Source: Myxococcota bacterium
Lineage (GTDB): Bacteria; Myxococcota_A; UBA796; CAJQPC01
Assembly (NCBI GenBank): GCA_036012755.1
Contig: DASCPX010000189.1
Coordinates: forward strand, 32,001 to 96,000
DNA: 64,000 nucleotides
Direction: 5' to 3'
The first letter of the stretch is position 1; every line of letters begins with the position of its first letter. Under the pieces are notes generated by a model that did no database searches, was not told the DNA's origin, and saw only the letters and a list, made by a program, of their open reading frames with translations. Made by a program: the position numbers and the translations under genes. Positions 49,174 to 62,764 of the stretch are shown piece by piece.

Positions 49174-51189
49174 GTGTTCCTCCTCGCGCTCGCCTGCTCG
49201 AGATCGCCGCCGCCGTCGGTGTTGGTCATCACCCTCGACACGACCCGCGCCGACCGACTCGGGCCATACGGCCACGCCCTGGCGAACACCCCGACCTACG
49301 ACCGCCTCGCCGAGGCCGGCACCGTCTTCCAGCGGGCCTACTCCAGCTGCCCGCTGACCATTCCGAGCCACTCGACGATCTTCACCGGGCGCTATCCGCC
49401 TTCCCACGGCGTGCGCGACAACGGCGACTTCATCCTCGGCGCCGAACAGCTCACCCTCGCCGAGCGCCTGCAGGAGGCCGGCTACGCGACCGCTGCGTTC
49501 ACGGCTGCCTTTCCGACACAGGCGCGCTGGGGCTTCGACCAGGGCTTCGAGGTCTACCACGACCCGCTGAAGCGCCGGCCCACCCAGCTCGACTGGCGGG
49601 ATCGTCGCGAAGCGCGAGAGGTCATCGACGACGCGCTGGCCACCTTGCCGACCCTGGGGGATCGCCCCCTGTTCGTCTGGGTCCATCTCTTCGACGCCCA
49701 CTGGCCCTACGAGCCTCCCGAGCCCTACCTCTCCGAGCACGCCGGGCGCCCCTACGACGGTGAGATCGCATACGCCGACGCTCAGGTCGGGCGGCTTCTG
49801 ACCTGGTGGGACCAGCAGAGGCCCGGCGGGCTGGTGATCCTCACCGCGGATCACGGCGAGGGCTTCGGAGACGGAGGGGAGCGCACCCACGGCTTCCTGC
49901 TGCACGACGGCACGATCCACGTCCCGCTCATCGTGCGCGGCGAGGGCTTCGAGGCCGGCGCTGTCGAGGACGACGTCGTCGGTCACGCCGACATCGTGCC
50001 CACGGTGTTGTCCTACGTGGGTCTGGAGAAGCACGACGGGCTCCAGGGTTGGGAGCTGGGCCTCGGTGGCTCCGACGAGGTCTACAGCGAGGCCCTCACC
50101 GGCCAGTTCAACCTGGGGCTGGCGCCTCTGTTCGCAGTCTCCGACGAACAAGGCCGGTACACGGAGGGTGCGTGGGGAGCCTTCTACGAACACCGGGCCT
50201 TTGGCGTCTCCACCGTGCCCAGCGAGCACATCGAGGCATCTCCACACCAGGCGGCTCTGGCGGTCTTCCGAGGCAGGCTCGACGAGGTGGTCGCGCCCAC
50301 CGCCGCCCTCGACGAGCAGGCCTTCGCGCAGCTCGCGGCGCTCGGCTACCTCGGAGGGGACATCAACGCCGTGGCTGGAGAGGTCGATCCACGGGACGTC
50401 ATCGACCTCGTGCCCCTGACCTGGGAGGCTCGCCAGTGGATGGGCAGAGGTCGCCTCGACGAGGCGGAAGCGGCCATCTCGAGGCTGGAGGAGGGCATGC
50501 CCGGAACATACGGTGTCGACCTTCTGCGCGCCCAGCTGCTGCGCTCCCGTGGAGACCTGGGCGAGGCCGCCGAGCACTTCGCCGCGCTGTACCTGCGCAG
50601 CCCCTCCAGCACTGTCTCCCTCCAGCTGGCCGCCCTGCATGCGGCCCGGGGGGACTGGCGGGAGGCCGAGTCCTGGTACGCCGAGGCGCTGTCTCTGCAG
50701 CCGGCGAGCCCCGAGGCGATGGCGGGCCGAGTCCACTGCGCGCAAGCCCTCGGCGAGCCGGAGCGGGCTCGGGAGCTCGCCAACGAAGCCCTGCGTCTGT
50801 ACCCCGACCACGCCGAGCTGCGGCTGGTCCTCGCCGAGATCCACCTCGGCGACGGCGACCTCGACGCCGCCGAGCGCGAGGTGGAGTTGGCCATCCAGTA
50901 CATGGCCCGCTCCCCTTGGGCTCACGCGACCCTCGCCCAGGTGCGCTGGGAGCAAGGTCGGGCGGACCTGGCCATCGAGGCCCTCCAGGAGGCGCTGGCG
51001 CTCGACCGGTTCAACGTCCCGGTCAGGGTCCGCCTCGTCGAGTGCCTCCTGGACGTGGGTCGCAACGCAGAGGCGGTCCGAGCGATCACGCCGCTGGCGC
51101 GGCTGATGCCGGAGGAGGACGAGGTCCAAGGCCTCGCACGTCGCGCCCAGGCGGCGCTCGATCTGGAGCGGGGCCTCACATCTCCTTGA
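49174..51189 (+). CDS. Sulfatase-like (alkaline phosphatase superfamily) lipoprotein with C-terminal TPRs
   Basis: VITLDTTRADRL, PLTIPSHSTIFTGRYP..HGVRDN, WVHLFDAHWPY, YDGEIAYAD, TADHGE..G..H, LAALGY, then TPRs. Confidence 0.92.
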   Translation: MFLLALACSRSPPPSVLVITLDTTRADRLGPYGHALANTPTYDRLAEAGTVFQRAYSSCPLTIPSHSTIFTGRYPPSHGVRDNGDFILGAEQLTLAERLQEAGYATAAFTAAFPTQARWGFDQGFEVYHDPLKRRPTQLDWRDRREAREVIDDALATLPTLGDRPLFVWVHLFDAHWPYEPPEPYLSEHAGRPYDGEIAYADAQVGRLLTWWDQQRPGGLVILTADHGEGFGDGGERTHGFLLHDGTIHVPLIVRGEGFEAGAVEDDVVGHADIVPTVLSYVGLEKHDGLQGWELGLGGSDEVYSEALTGQFNLGLAPLFAVSDEQGRYTEGAWGAFYEHRAFGVSTVPSEHIEASPHQAALAVFRGRLDEVVAPTAALDEQAFAQLAALGYLGGDINAVAGEVDPRDVIDLVPLTWEARQWMGRGRLDEAEAAISRLEEGMPGTYGVDLLRAQLLRSRGDLGEAAEHFAALYLRSPSSTVSLQLAALHAARGDWREAESWYAEALSLQPASPEAMAGRVHCAQALGEPERARELANEALRLYPDHAELRLVLAEIHLGDGDLDAAEREVELAIQYMARSPWAHATLAQVRWEQGRADLAIEALQEALALDRFNVPVRVRLVECLLDVGRNAEAVRAITPLARLMPEEDEVQGLARRAQAALDLERGLTSP

Positions 51190-51283
51190 GCAGTGTTCGG
51201 ACTCCTGTGGTAGTACGGCTCAGTTCGCCCGATGACGGGATCGAGGTGCGGGACGCACGTTACGATCCAAGCTGGGAGGGTTC

Positions 51284-52549
51284 ATGCGGCGAGAGACTCA
51301 CACACCGAAGTCCGTCCGCCACCCGGCCGGCAAGGCATCGATAGAGACACTCCTCGGCCTGGCTCGCATCTGGATGGACGCTCGCACGGGCCTCCTGCAG
51401 ATCGGAGGCGAGACGGCGACCCTCGTTCGTGGCGAGCCCCTCGACATCGACGACCTCCAGCTGATCATCGACGGGCTCTACCGCGGCGGGAAGCCCGCCT
51501 TCTCCGAGACCGACCATCCCTCCAGGGGCGTGACGAACCGCCTCGGACTGGAGATCTGGAAGGCGGTGAGCCGGATCGCGCGCAAGACCCAGATGCGCGG
51601 GACGGCCAGCTGCACGATCCACCCCGCCGGCCTCTTCCGCCGGCTCTCGGCCTTTCCGATGCAGCCCGAGACGGTGGTCCTGCTCGCTCGGGTCGAGTCC
51701 GGGCGGGTCCGCGTCGGCGACACGGTGCGCCTCGACAAGCCGACACGGATGGAGGTGTTGGAAGACCTCGCGCGACTCAAGATGCTGGGTGTGATCCGCC
51801 TGGAGAAGGCTGACGAGCGTCTGGCGAACACCCGTCGAGAGGCTCGGCGGAAGCCCAGCTCCGAAGGTGTGGGGGGCGGTCGGTCGGGCGCGCGCAGCGA
51901 CCCGAGGCTCGGGGGGCGCCTGAGTCGCGAGCTGGAGAGAATCGAGGGACTCGACGACTGGGCTGCGGTGGGATGCAACCCCAGCATGGCTCCGGGGGCG
52001 ATCGCAGCTCAGTGCCAGCGGATGATCGACCGCTACTCGGCGATCATCAAGGACCGGAGCCAGACGGCGGATTGCCGCGAGCTCGCTCGGGACATCTTCG
52101 ATCACGTCGTGGCCTCGGCCGACCGCATCCAGGAGGGCAAGGCCCGCCGAGAGGCCCGGGGTGCGAACCCCTCGACCGCCTATGACGACGGCATCAGCCT
52201 CGTCGCCCAGGGTCGCTTCGACGAGGCGGTGAAGGCCTTCGGTCTTGCTCAACAGTACGAGCCCTACGCGCCGCGCCACACGGCCTGGCTCGGCTACGCC
52301 GTCTTCCACGACCCCACTCGCGATCTCGCCGAGCGCCAGCGCAAGGGCCGGAAGCTGATCGAGAAGGCCCTGCTGATGGGTACCGGCAACGGGGATCCGA
52401 ACTTCGTCCAGGCAAAGCTGCTCGTCGAGGACAAGGACCTCGTCCGCGCCTGGAACCACGTCGAGGTGTGCCTGCGGGCCAATCCAACCCACAGCGGCGC
52501 CACCACTTTGAGGGACTCGATCCAGCGCGAGATCAAACGTGACAACTAA
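51284..52549 (+). CDS. Hypothetical protein with a degenerate J-domain-like segment and C-terminal TPRs
   Basis: DDWAAVGC..IAAQCQRMIDRY (J-like helices without HPD), followed by TPR-like repeats. Confidence 0.55.
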   Translation: MRRETHTPKSVRHPAGKASIETLLGLARIWMDARTGLLQIGGETATLVRGEPLDIDDLQLIIDGLYRGGKPAFSETDHPSRGVTNRLGLEIWKAVSRIARKTQMRGTASCTIHPAGLFRRLSAFPMQPETVVLLARVESGRVRVGDTVRLDKPTRMEVLEDLARLKMLGVIRLEKADERLANTRREARRKPSSEGVGGGRSGARSDPRLGGRLSRELERIEGLDDWAAVGCNPSMAPGAIAAQCQRMIDRYSAIIKDRSQTADCRELARDIFDHVVASADRIQEGKARREARGANPSTAYDDGISLVAQGRFDEAVKAFGLAQQYEPYAPRHTAWLGYAVFHDPTRDLAERQRKGRKLIEKALLMGTGNGDPNFVQAKLLVEDKDLVRAWNHVEVCLRANPTHSGATTLRDSIQREIKRDN

Positions 52550-52612
52550 AGAAGTCCAAATTCTCCAGGAATCTGGATAGAATCGTCTCCGTTGGCACCG
52601 ACACGAGGGCCC

Positions 52613-56638
<4,026 letters not shown>

Positions 56639-56644
56639 ACCACC

Positions 56645-56675
56645 TGTTCCAGTCCGGGCCAACCGGTCTGGAACA
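56645..56675 (+). terminator. Stem-loop after the large repeat-protein gene
   Basis: TGTTCCAG-t-CCGG-gccaa-CCGG-t-CTGGAACA. No U-tract. Confidence 0.45.
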
Positions 56676-56712
56676 CCCGGAGACGAGACACCTGATCTCA
56701 GCCACTTGGAGC

Positions 56713-56728
56713 TGGCACGAGGCTTGAA
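56713..56728 (+). promoter_or_regulatory. Putative sigma-54 promoter
   Basis: TGGCACG-aggc-TTGAA (variant -12 element), upstream of an AGGAGGT RBS and ATG 56755. Confidence 0.45.
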
Positions 56729-56754
56729 CTCCCAAGGACCGACAGGAGGTCCTC

Positions 56755-57721
56755 ATGGTGGTTCCCTTCACCACAAGCTCCAGGCAACCCCGGCCAAGCC
56801 CAACAGTCCTCGAATCGTGGAGCGCTTGCGCCGCCGCGAGCTCACCCTCGCGCTCGTCGAGGGCCCGGTGAAGAGCGTGCCTCGTGGCTTCCACGCCGAG
56901 GTCGCGGCGGTGGAAGGCTCGGGCCTGTTGCTCGCCGCTCTGCCGCTCTGGCGGTTCGCCGCGACCTTGCACGCCCTCCGCTGCGGGGACGCAGATCCGA
57001 TCGGCTTGTCCCACGTGCCGGAGTTCATCGAGGCCATCGACGACATCCCGGCGCCGTTCCTGGCCAAGCCCGCTGGCGCTGCCCGCATCCGCGAGGCGGT
57101 CGAGGAACTCGTCGATCCTCGACCGGTCGTCCTCGAGGCCGAGAACGGCCTGCGAGCGCTCTACGTCCTGCGGGAGCGTCGCGTCGACCTCGTCGTTGCC
57201 GACTGGAGATGCCGGTCCTCGACGACGTCGACATGGCCGAGCGCCTGCGAGGAGACTCCCGCTTCGACCGGATCCCGCTGGTCGCGCTCACCGGCCACGA
57301 CACGGAGGAGCCCCGAGAGGACTGCATCGCCGCGGGTTTCGATCACGTGCTGGTCAAGCCGGTCCGCCGAGACGAGCTCGTCGCCTGCGTGGACGGCCTC
57401 CTCATCGCGGGGGCCCAGGCCACCGGCGAGGTCGTCCTGGTAGACCCGGACATCGAAGACCTCGTCCCCGCCTACCTCTCCGAGCGTAGAGAGGAGATCC
57501 CGATCCTCCGAGGGGCGGTGGATGACGGCGACGCCGAGCGCTGCCGCCGCATCGGCCACAGCCTCAAGGGAACCGGGGGCGCCTATGGCTTCCAGCGCCT
57601 CACCGACCTGGGCGCCCGGCTGGAGGAGGCCGGCCAGCGAGAGGACATGGAGGACTGCGCGGCCTCGGTGGATGCGATCGAGGGCTACCTGGCTACAGTT
57701 CGCGTCCGCTACGCCTCCTAG
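56755..57721 (+). pseudogene. Receiver + Hpt domain protein, disrupted
   Basis: EAENGLRAL..VDLVVAD / EMPVLD..ALTGH..KPV is split by a frameshift at ~57204. Hpt motif HSLKGTGGAYGF. The 5' part also appears frameshifted near 56815. Confidence 0.7.
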
Positions 57722-57754
57722 CCCGGCTACGATGCCTCCTTGCCGGAGGCAGAC

Positions 57755-58759
57755 ATGTTCGCGCTCCTCGCCTGTGTTGGTGCCATCGATCTCGACACCG
57801 GCGGCGACGGCGTGGTCTCCGGTGAGACTGGCGTGGACCGCTTCAGCGTCGAGATCGACGAGGACGTCCTGTCCCGGCTGGGGGACCGCCTCGCGGAGGT
57901 CCAGAACGACGACGGGAGCTACGACTGGCAGCGAGCCGAGGACGAGGAGCTCATCCCGGAGCTCACGGGCTACCAGAACGTCACCGGCGTCAGCGCGTGG
58001 GGCTTCTACGCCGCCCAGGAGCGCGTGGGGGAGCGTGAGGACTGGCAGGAGGCCACCGCTCGGGCGGCGGACTACTTCGATGGACTGCTCGACGCCGCCA
58101 TCGCCGATGGCAGCGGACTGTCCTGTCCAAACTACACGGTCCTGGTCTGGGAGCTCGAGTCCAACCCGGATCCCGTGCTCGAGGCTCGCACCATCGCCGG
58201 CTTCGAGGCCATGCTCTCTGCCCACGACGACCGCGCCCGGGGCTTCCTGGAGAACCTCGCCGAGCGGCGCTCCGCCATCCCCGGGATCATCCCCTGGGAC
58301 GACGCCCTGTGCGTCGAGGCGGCCCGCGAGATGAGTGAGCTGTCGCCTGTGTTCGCGGAGGACGCCGCGGACGCCGAGGCCGTACTCGTCGCCGAGCTGG
58401 AGGACACCTTCCTGCCCGCTTGGGACGCCGATCCGAGTCTCTTGTGGGGGGACATCTCCATCGGCTGGTCGCTGCGGGTCCTCGCCGAGAGCCAGGACGC
58501 CGAGCTCATCGACGGGCTCACCGAGCGGCTCGTCGTGCTCGTCGACGAGGAGGGTCGGATCACCAACGGGTCCGACGACGACGGGCCCCAGCAGGCCACC
58601 GCATACGGACTCATGGGCCTCAAAGCCGTCGAACACGACCTCTCCCAGAGGGTGCAGGACTTCGCGGAGAGCGAGGTCGATCCGGACGGCATCGTGCTCG
58701 GAGGGGCCGGCGAGACCTACGAAGTCTCCGGCGAACTGCTGCGCGCGCTGGCGGAGTAG
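57755..58759 (+). CDS. Acidic lipoprotein, alpha/alpha-toroid-like hypothetical
   Basis: GGAGG RBS, MFALLAC lipobox, QNDDGSYDW (QW-like) motif, QATAYGLMGL. Confidence 0.6.
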   Translation: MFALLACVGAIDLDTGGDGVVSGETGVDRFSVEIDEDVLSRLGDRLAEVQNDDGSYDWQRAEDEELIPELTGYQNVTGVSAWGFYAAQERVGEREDWQEATARAADYFDGLLDAAIADGSGLSCPNYTVLVWELESNPDPVLEARTIAGFEAMLSAHDDRARGFLENLAERRSAIPGIIPWDDALCVEAAREMSELSPVFAEDAADAEAVLVAELEDTFLPAWDADPSLLWGDISIGWSLRVLAESQDAELIDGLTERLVVLVDEEGRITNGSDDDGPQQATAYGLMGLKAVEHDLSQRVQDFAESEVDPDGIVLGGAGETYEVSGELLRALAE

Positions 58760-58760
58760 C

Positions 58761-59850
58761 CTAGCGGAGCCCGTAGGCCTTGAGCTTGCGATAGATGGTC
58801 TGCGACTCCACCGGAGGCAGCGCGTGGAGGTGCCTGCGCGGGGTCTGGCGGCGCATGCGCGGAGGGAGGCCATCGACGGTGAGGACCTGGCCGTCCGCGG
58901 CGACGAGCGCGCGGTGGATGGCGTTCTTCAGCTCCCGAACGTTGCCGGGCCATCCGTAGGCACGCAGCAGCGCTTGCAGCTCCTGGGCGAGCTCCGGAAC
59001 AGGCCGCTCTGGGGGCGTGAGCGCCTGGGCGAAGGCCTTCGCCAGCTCGATGATGTCCTCGCCGCGCTCCCGCAGCGCGGGGAGCTGCATCTCGTAGACC
59101 GCGAGTCGGAAGTAGAGGTCCTGCCTGAAGCTCCCGGCCTCGACCGCCTCGAGCAGATCTATGTGGGTCGCTGCGACCACTCGGACATCGACCTCGAACT
59201 CCCGGCTGCCACCGACCCTGGTGATGCGGCGCTCCTGCAGGACACGGAGCAGCTTGGCCTGTAGGCCCGGGCTGAGCTCGCCGACCTCGTCGAGGAAGAG
59301 CGTGCCACCATCCGCCTGCTCGAAGCGCCCGATGCGTCGCTCCTCGGCACCGGTGAAGGCGCCCTTCTCGTGCCCGAAGAACTCGGACTCCTGCAGGTTC
59401 TCCGGGACCGCTGCGCAGTTCAGCGCCACGAAGGGGGCCCGGCTGCGACCGCTGTGGTCGTGCAGCGCTCGGGCGACGAGCTCCTTGCCGGTTCCGGACT
59501 CGCCGAAGACCAGGACGGTGATCTCGCTCTGCGCCAGTCGCGTGATCTCGCGGTAGACGCGCCGCATGGGCTCCGAGTTGCCGATCAGCTCGCCGAAGCC
59601 GGTCTCGGAGGCCTCTCGCTCGAGGTCGTGGAGCCGGCATCGCATGCGCCGGTGAGCGACGGCGTTGCGAACCGTCGCCGTCAGCTTCGGGCGGCCCATC
59701 GGCTTGGCCAGGTAGTCCCAGCCGCGCGAGGCACTCTCCGCCGGAGCAGGCCTCGATCACCCGGTGCCCGGCCCGCTCGAGCCAACGGGCGGTCAGGCGG
59801 CGGTGCGCGTCGTCATCGTCAACGACGAGGATGAGCCCTGGGGCGTCCAT
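58761..59850 (-). pseudogene. NtrC-family sigma-54-dependent response regulator with internal deletions in the REC and HTH regions
   Basis: The AAA core is intact (GESGTGKE, GAFTGA, FLDEVGE, FRQDLYFRL, WPGNVREL). The REC start ILVVDDD joins out of frame to WDYLAKP near 59722, and the C-terminus jumps to TIYRKLK. Confidence 0.8.
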
Positions 59851-59906
59851 GTACAGGTGATCAGCGAGCCGGTCCCTCTTCCTTAGTCCGAAGGGGGGGC
59901 CCGAGC

Positions 59907-61709
59907 TCAGCCCAGGTCGGCCACGTCCGAGTCGCCCATCTCCACGCCGCCGCCCGGGAAGTACTTCTTCCACCGATCCGACACGGTCTTCGCCGTGTCC
60001 TCATCGCAGAACAGCTCGTCCGGGTATGTGGGCTTCATGCGGGCGTCGATGAGTACGCACCCTGAATAGACGATGTGATTGCGATGGATCCGACCCCGGG
60101 CGTGAATGTCGGCAGCGGGCTCGAAGCGGGTGAACGTGGTCCACAGGAAGCGCTCGGGTGTCCGGGTCGCCCTCTTCGCGTCGTCCACCAACACCACCAG
60201 CGGCCAGGCCTGGAGATGATCCAGCAGTTCGTCTGCGATATCAGGCTGTTCCGCATAGCTTGGGCCGTCGACGACGAGGCAGCCACCGCAGAAGACCTCC
60301 GCGGTTCGCAGGGGTCGCGGCAGCGCCTCCCGGTAGTCTCGCAACAGCTCCCGGACAGGGTCGCCGAGGCCGACCATCACGCCCTTGCTACCCTGGTTGA
60401 TCTCTGGCCCGGTGTAGTCCAGCGAGTCCATGGAGAGGTTGGCGAACACATACAGATCTGTCTCGGGGCGGAAGCGCTCCAGGACCGTCTCGAGAGTCTG
60501 TGTGAAGTTCTTCAGATCGACGTCCTGATCCGTGATCAGCAGGAACTTCTGGAGGCTGAGCTGACCCTCGCCGAGGATGCGGAAGGCGGAGACGAGGGCC
60601 TCGCGCTCGAAGCGCTCGCGGACGACCGCGCCGGCCAGGCTGTGGTAGCCGGTCTCGCCGTAGCTCCAGAGCTGCTTCACGGTCGGCATGACCAGCGGGA
60701 ACAGGGGAGAGAGCAGCTCCTGGAGGAAGTCCCCGATGTAGAAGTCCTCCTGCCGCGGCTTGCCGACCACGGTCGCGGGGAAGATCGCGTCCTTGCGGCG
60801 GGCCAGCGCCGTGCAGTGGAAGACCGGGTAGTCGTGCTGCAGCGAGTAGTAGCCGTAGTGGTCACCGAAGGGGCCCTCCGGACGCCGTTGACCCGCGGCG
60901 ATGTGGCCGCAGAGAGCGAACTCGGCGTCGGCCACCAACGCGTGCGGGTGTCCGTCCGTCGACGTCCGGCCGAGCTTCTCGCCCAGGAGCAGCGACGCGA
61001 GCAGCAGCTCCGGCACGTTCTCGGGCAAAGGCGCGATCGCGCTCAACATGAGGGCCGGGGGGCCACCCAACAACACGGTCGCCGTCAGGTCCTCGCCGCG
61101 CTCTTCGGCGACGTGCAGGTGAGCCCCTCCGCCGCGGACGATCTGGATGTGCATGCCGGTGGTCTGCGCGTCGTAGCGCTGCATCCGGTACATGCCGAGG
61201 TTGTGCGTGCCGTCGTCCGGGTGCTCCGTGTAGACCAGGGGCAGGGTGATGAAGGCTCCGCCGTCCTCCTGCCAGGTCTGGAGCATCGGCAGCCGGTCGA
61301 GGCCAGCCGGTCGGTCCACGACGTCGAGGACCGGCCCCCGGGCCACACTCCGAAGCCCCACTCGGAGGGCATCGGCGACCCAATCCCGTTGTTTCCAGAT
61401 GGTTCCCAAGGAGGGGGGGAGGAGGTCCTGAGGGATCCTGGCTGTGCGCTCGATGAACTCGACCGGCTTCCTGCCGAATGCGAGCTCCACCCGCCGGGCT
61501 GTCCCGAAGAGGTTCGTGACCAGCGGAAAGTGGGCCTCGACGCCCTGGTGATGAGGCTTCGTGAAGATCAACGCGGGCCCGCCGGCGGCGATGACGCGGC
61601 GGTGGATCTCGGCGGCTTCGAGGTAGGTGTCGACCGGCACGTCGACCTCGACCACATCGCCGCTGTCGCGCAGCAACTCGAGGAAGACGCGGAGATCTCG
61701 TGGCGGCAT
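59907..61709 (-). CDS. ubiD: UbiD-family prFMN-dependent decarboxylase
   Basis: Start MPPRDLR. TNLFG, NLGMYRMQ, EGPFGDHYGYY, TVVGKPRQED, IDARMK. Confidence 0.92.
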   Translation of the reverse strand: MPPRDLRVFLELLRDSGDVVEVDVPVDTYLEAAEIHRRVIAAGGPALIFTKPHHQGVEAHFPLVTNLFGTARRVELAFGRKPVEFIERTARIPQDLLPPSLGTIWKQRDWVADALRVGLRSVARGPVLDVVDRPAGLDRLPMLQTWQEDGGAFITLPLVYTEHPDDGTHNLGMYRMQRYDAQTTGMHIQIVRGGGAHLHVAEERGEDLTATVLLGGPPALMLSAIAPLPENVPELLLASLLLGEKLGRTSTDGHPHALVADAEFALCGHIAAGQRRPEGPFGDHYGYYSLQHDYPVFHCTALARRKDAIFPATVVGKPRQEDFYIGDFLQELLSPLFPLVMPTVKQLWSYGETGYHSLAGAVVRERFEREALVSAFRILGEGQLSLQKFLLITDQDVDLKNFTQTLETVLERFRPETDLYVFANLSMDSLDYTGPEINQGSKGVMVGLGDPVRELLRDYREALPRPLRTAEVFCGGCLVVDGPSYAEQPDIADELLDHLQAWPLVVLVDDAKRATRTPERFLWTTFTRFEPAADIHARGRIHRNHIVYSGCVLIDARMKPTYPDELFCDEDTAKTVSDRWKKYFPGGGVEMGDSDVADLG

Positions 61710-61780
61710 GCGCCCGCCTAACCGAGTTCCTTTGCAAGCCAGCCAGCTTCGCGGCATCATTGACTCAGAGGTGGTCCACT

Positions 61781-62677
61781 ATGCTCTTGCTCTGCTCGCT
61801 CGCTGCTGCTGAAACGGTCGATGGTTGGTCGATGGACGACTTCGGCTCCCCGGGAGACGAGATCGTCGGAAACGACGGCTGGGAAGGGGGATATCGCGAC
61901 GATCCCTGGTGGGTGACGAGCACCGGGTCAGCCGCCTCGGCGACGGACGATTTCGCCGAGACAGAGGACTACGGGGACGATGCCCCGCAGGACAACTGGA
62001 TCATCCGTGGTGACGACTTCGAGGATGTCGTGGTCGAGGCCGAGCTCTTCGCCTACGACGATGACGCGGTCGGCATCGTCAGCAACCACGACGGCGATGA
62101 CTACTACGCCTGCATCTACGTAGAGGACTCGGCGCCGCCGCCCATCTGGGGTGTGGACGAAGGCACGGTCCTCATCATGAAGATCTCCGACGGCGAGGCC
62201 GAGCTCCTCGACGCTGGACACGGGGAGCGCGACGACTACGACTTCGAGCTGCGCCTCGAGGTCAACGACGGCGAGCTCAGCTGCTCCCTGAACGGGCGCG
62301 AAGAGGCCAGCGCCAGCGACTCGGATCCCCTCGGCGCGGGGCAGGCGGGGCTCTATGCCTACAACTCGGGCTACGGCGAGAGCGGCTACTACAGCGGCTC
62401 CACCTGGATCGAGGTGCTCTGGCAGGACGACGACGGCGACGGTGTGGCTGATGATCTCGACAACTGCGAGGACACCGACAACGCCGACCAGGAAGACCTC
62501 GACGACGACGGGATCGGTGACGCCTGCGACGACTCGGTCGAGCTCCCCGACACCGGCACGCCTGATGACGACGGCGGCGGAGATCTCGCGACGGGCGGCT
62601 GCGGTTGCGGTGCGATTCCGGTGGCCCCGCTCGCGCTGGGGCTGCTCGGTGTGATCCTGATCCGGAGGCGCCTGTGA
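61781..62677 (+). CDS. Exported protein with a lectin/TSP-C-like beta domain, TSP3 repeats and a MYXO-CTERM-like tail
   Basis: Short signal, DDDAVGIV, AGQAGLYAY, DDDGDGVADDLDNC..NADQEDLDDDGIGDACD, GGCGCG..TM..IRRRL. Confidence 0.85.
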   Translation: MLLLCSLAAAETVDGWSMDDFGSPGDEIVGNDGWEGGYRDDPWWVTSTGSAASATDDFAETEDYGDDAPQDNWIIRGDDFEDVVVEAELFAYDDDAVGIVSNHDGDDYYACIYVEDSAPPPIWGVDEGTVLIMKISDGEAELLDAGHGERDDYDFELRLEVNDGELSCSLNGREEASASDSDPLGAGQAGLYAYNSGYGESGYYSGSTWIEVLWQDDDGDGVADDLDNCEDTDNADQEDLDDDGIGDACDDSVELPDTGTPDDDGGGDLATGGCGCGAIPVAPLALGLLGVILIRRRL

Positions 62678-62764
62678 GCCGATCCGCGGCGCCGCTCTAC
62701 GCCGTCTCCGTGCTGAGGCGCCTGTGAGCCGATCCGCGGCGCCGCTCTACGCCGTCTCCGTGCT
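62665..62764 (+). repeat. Perfect 50-bp tandem duplication
   Basis: GAGGCGCCTGTGAGCCGATCCGCGGCGCCGCTCTACGCCGTCTCCGTGCT at 62665-62714 and again at 62715-62764. Confidence 0.95.
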
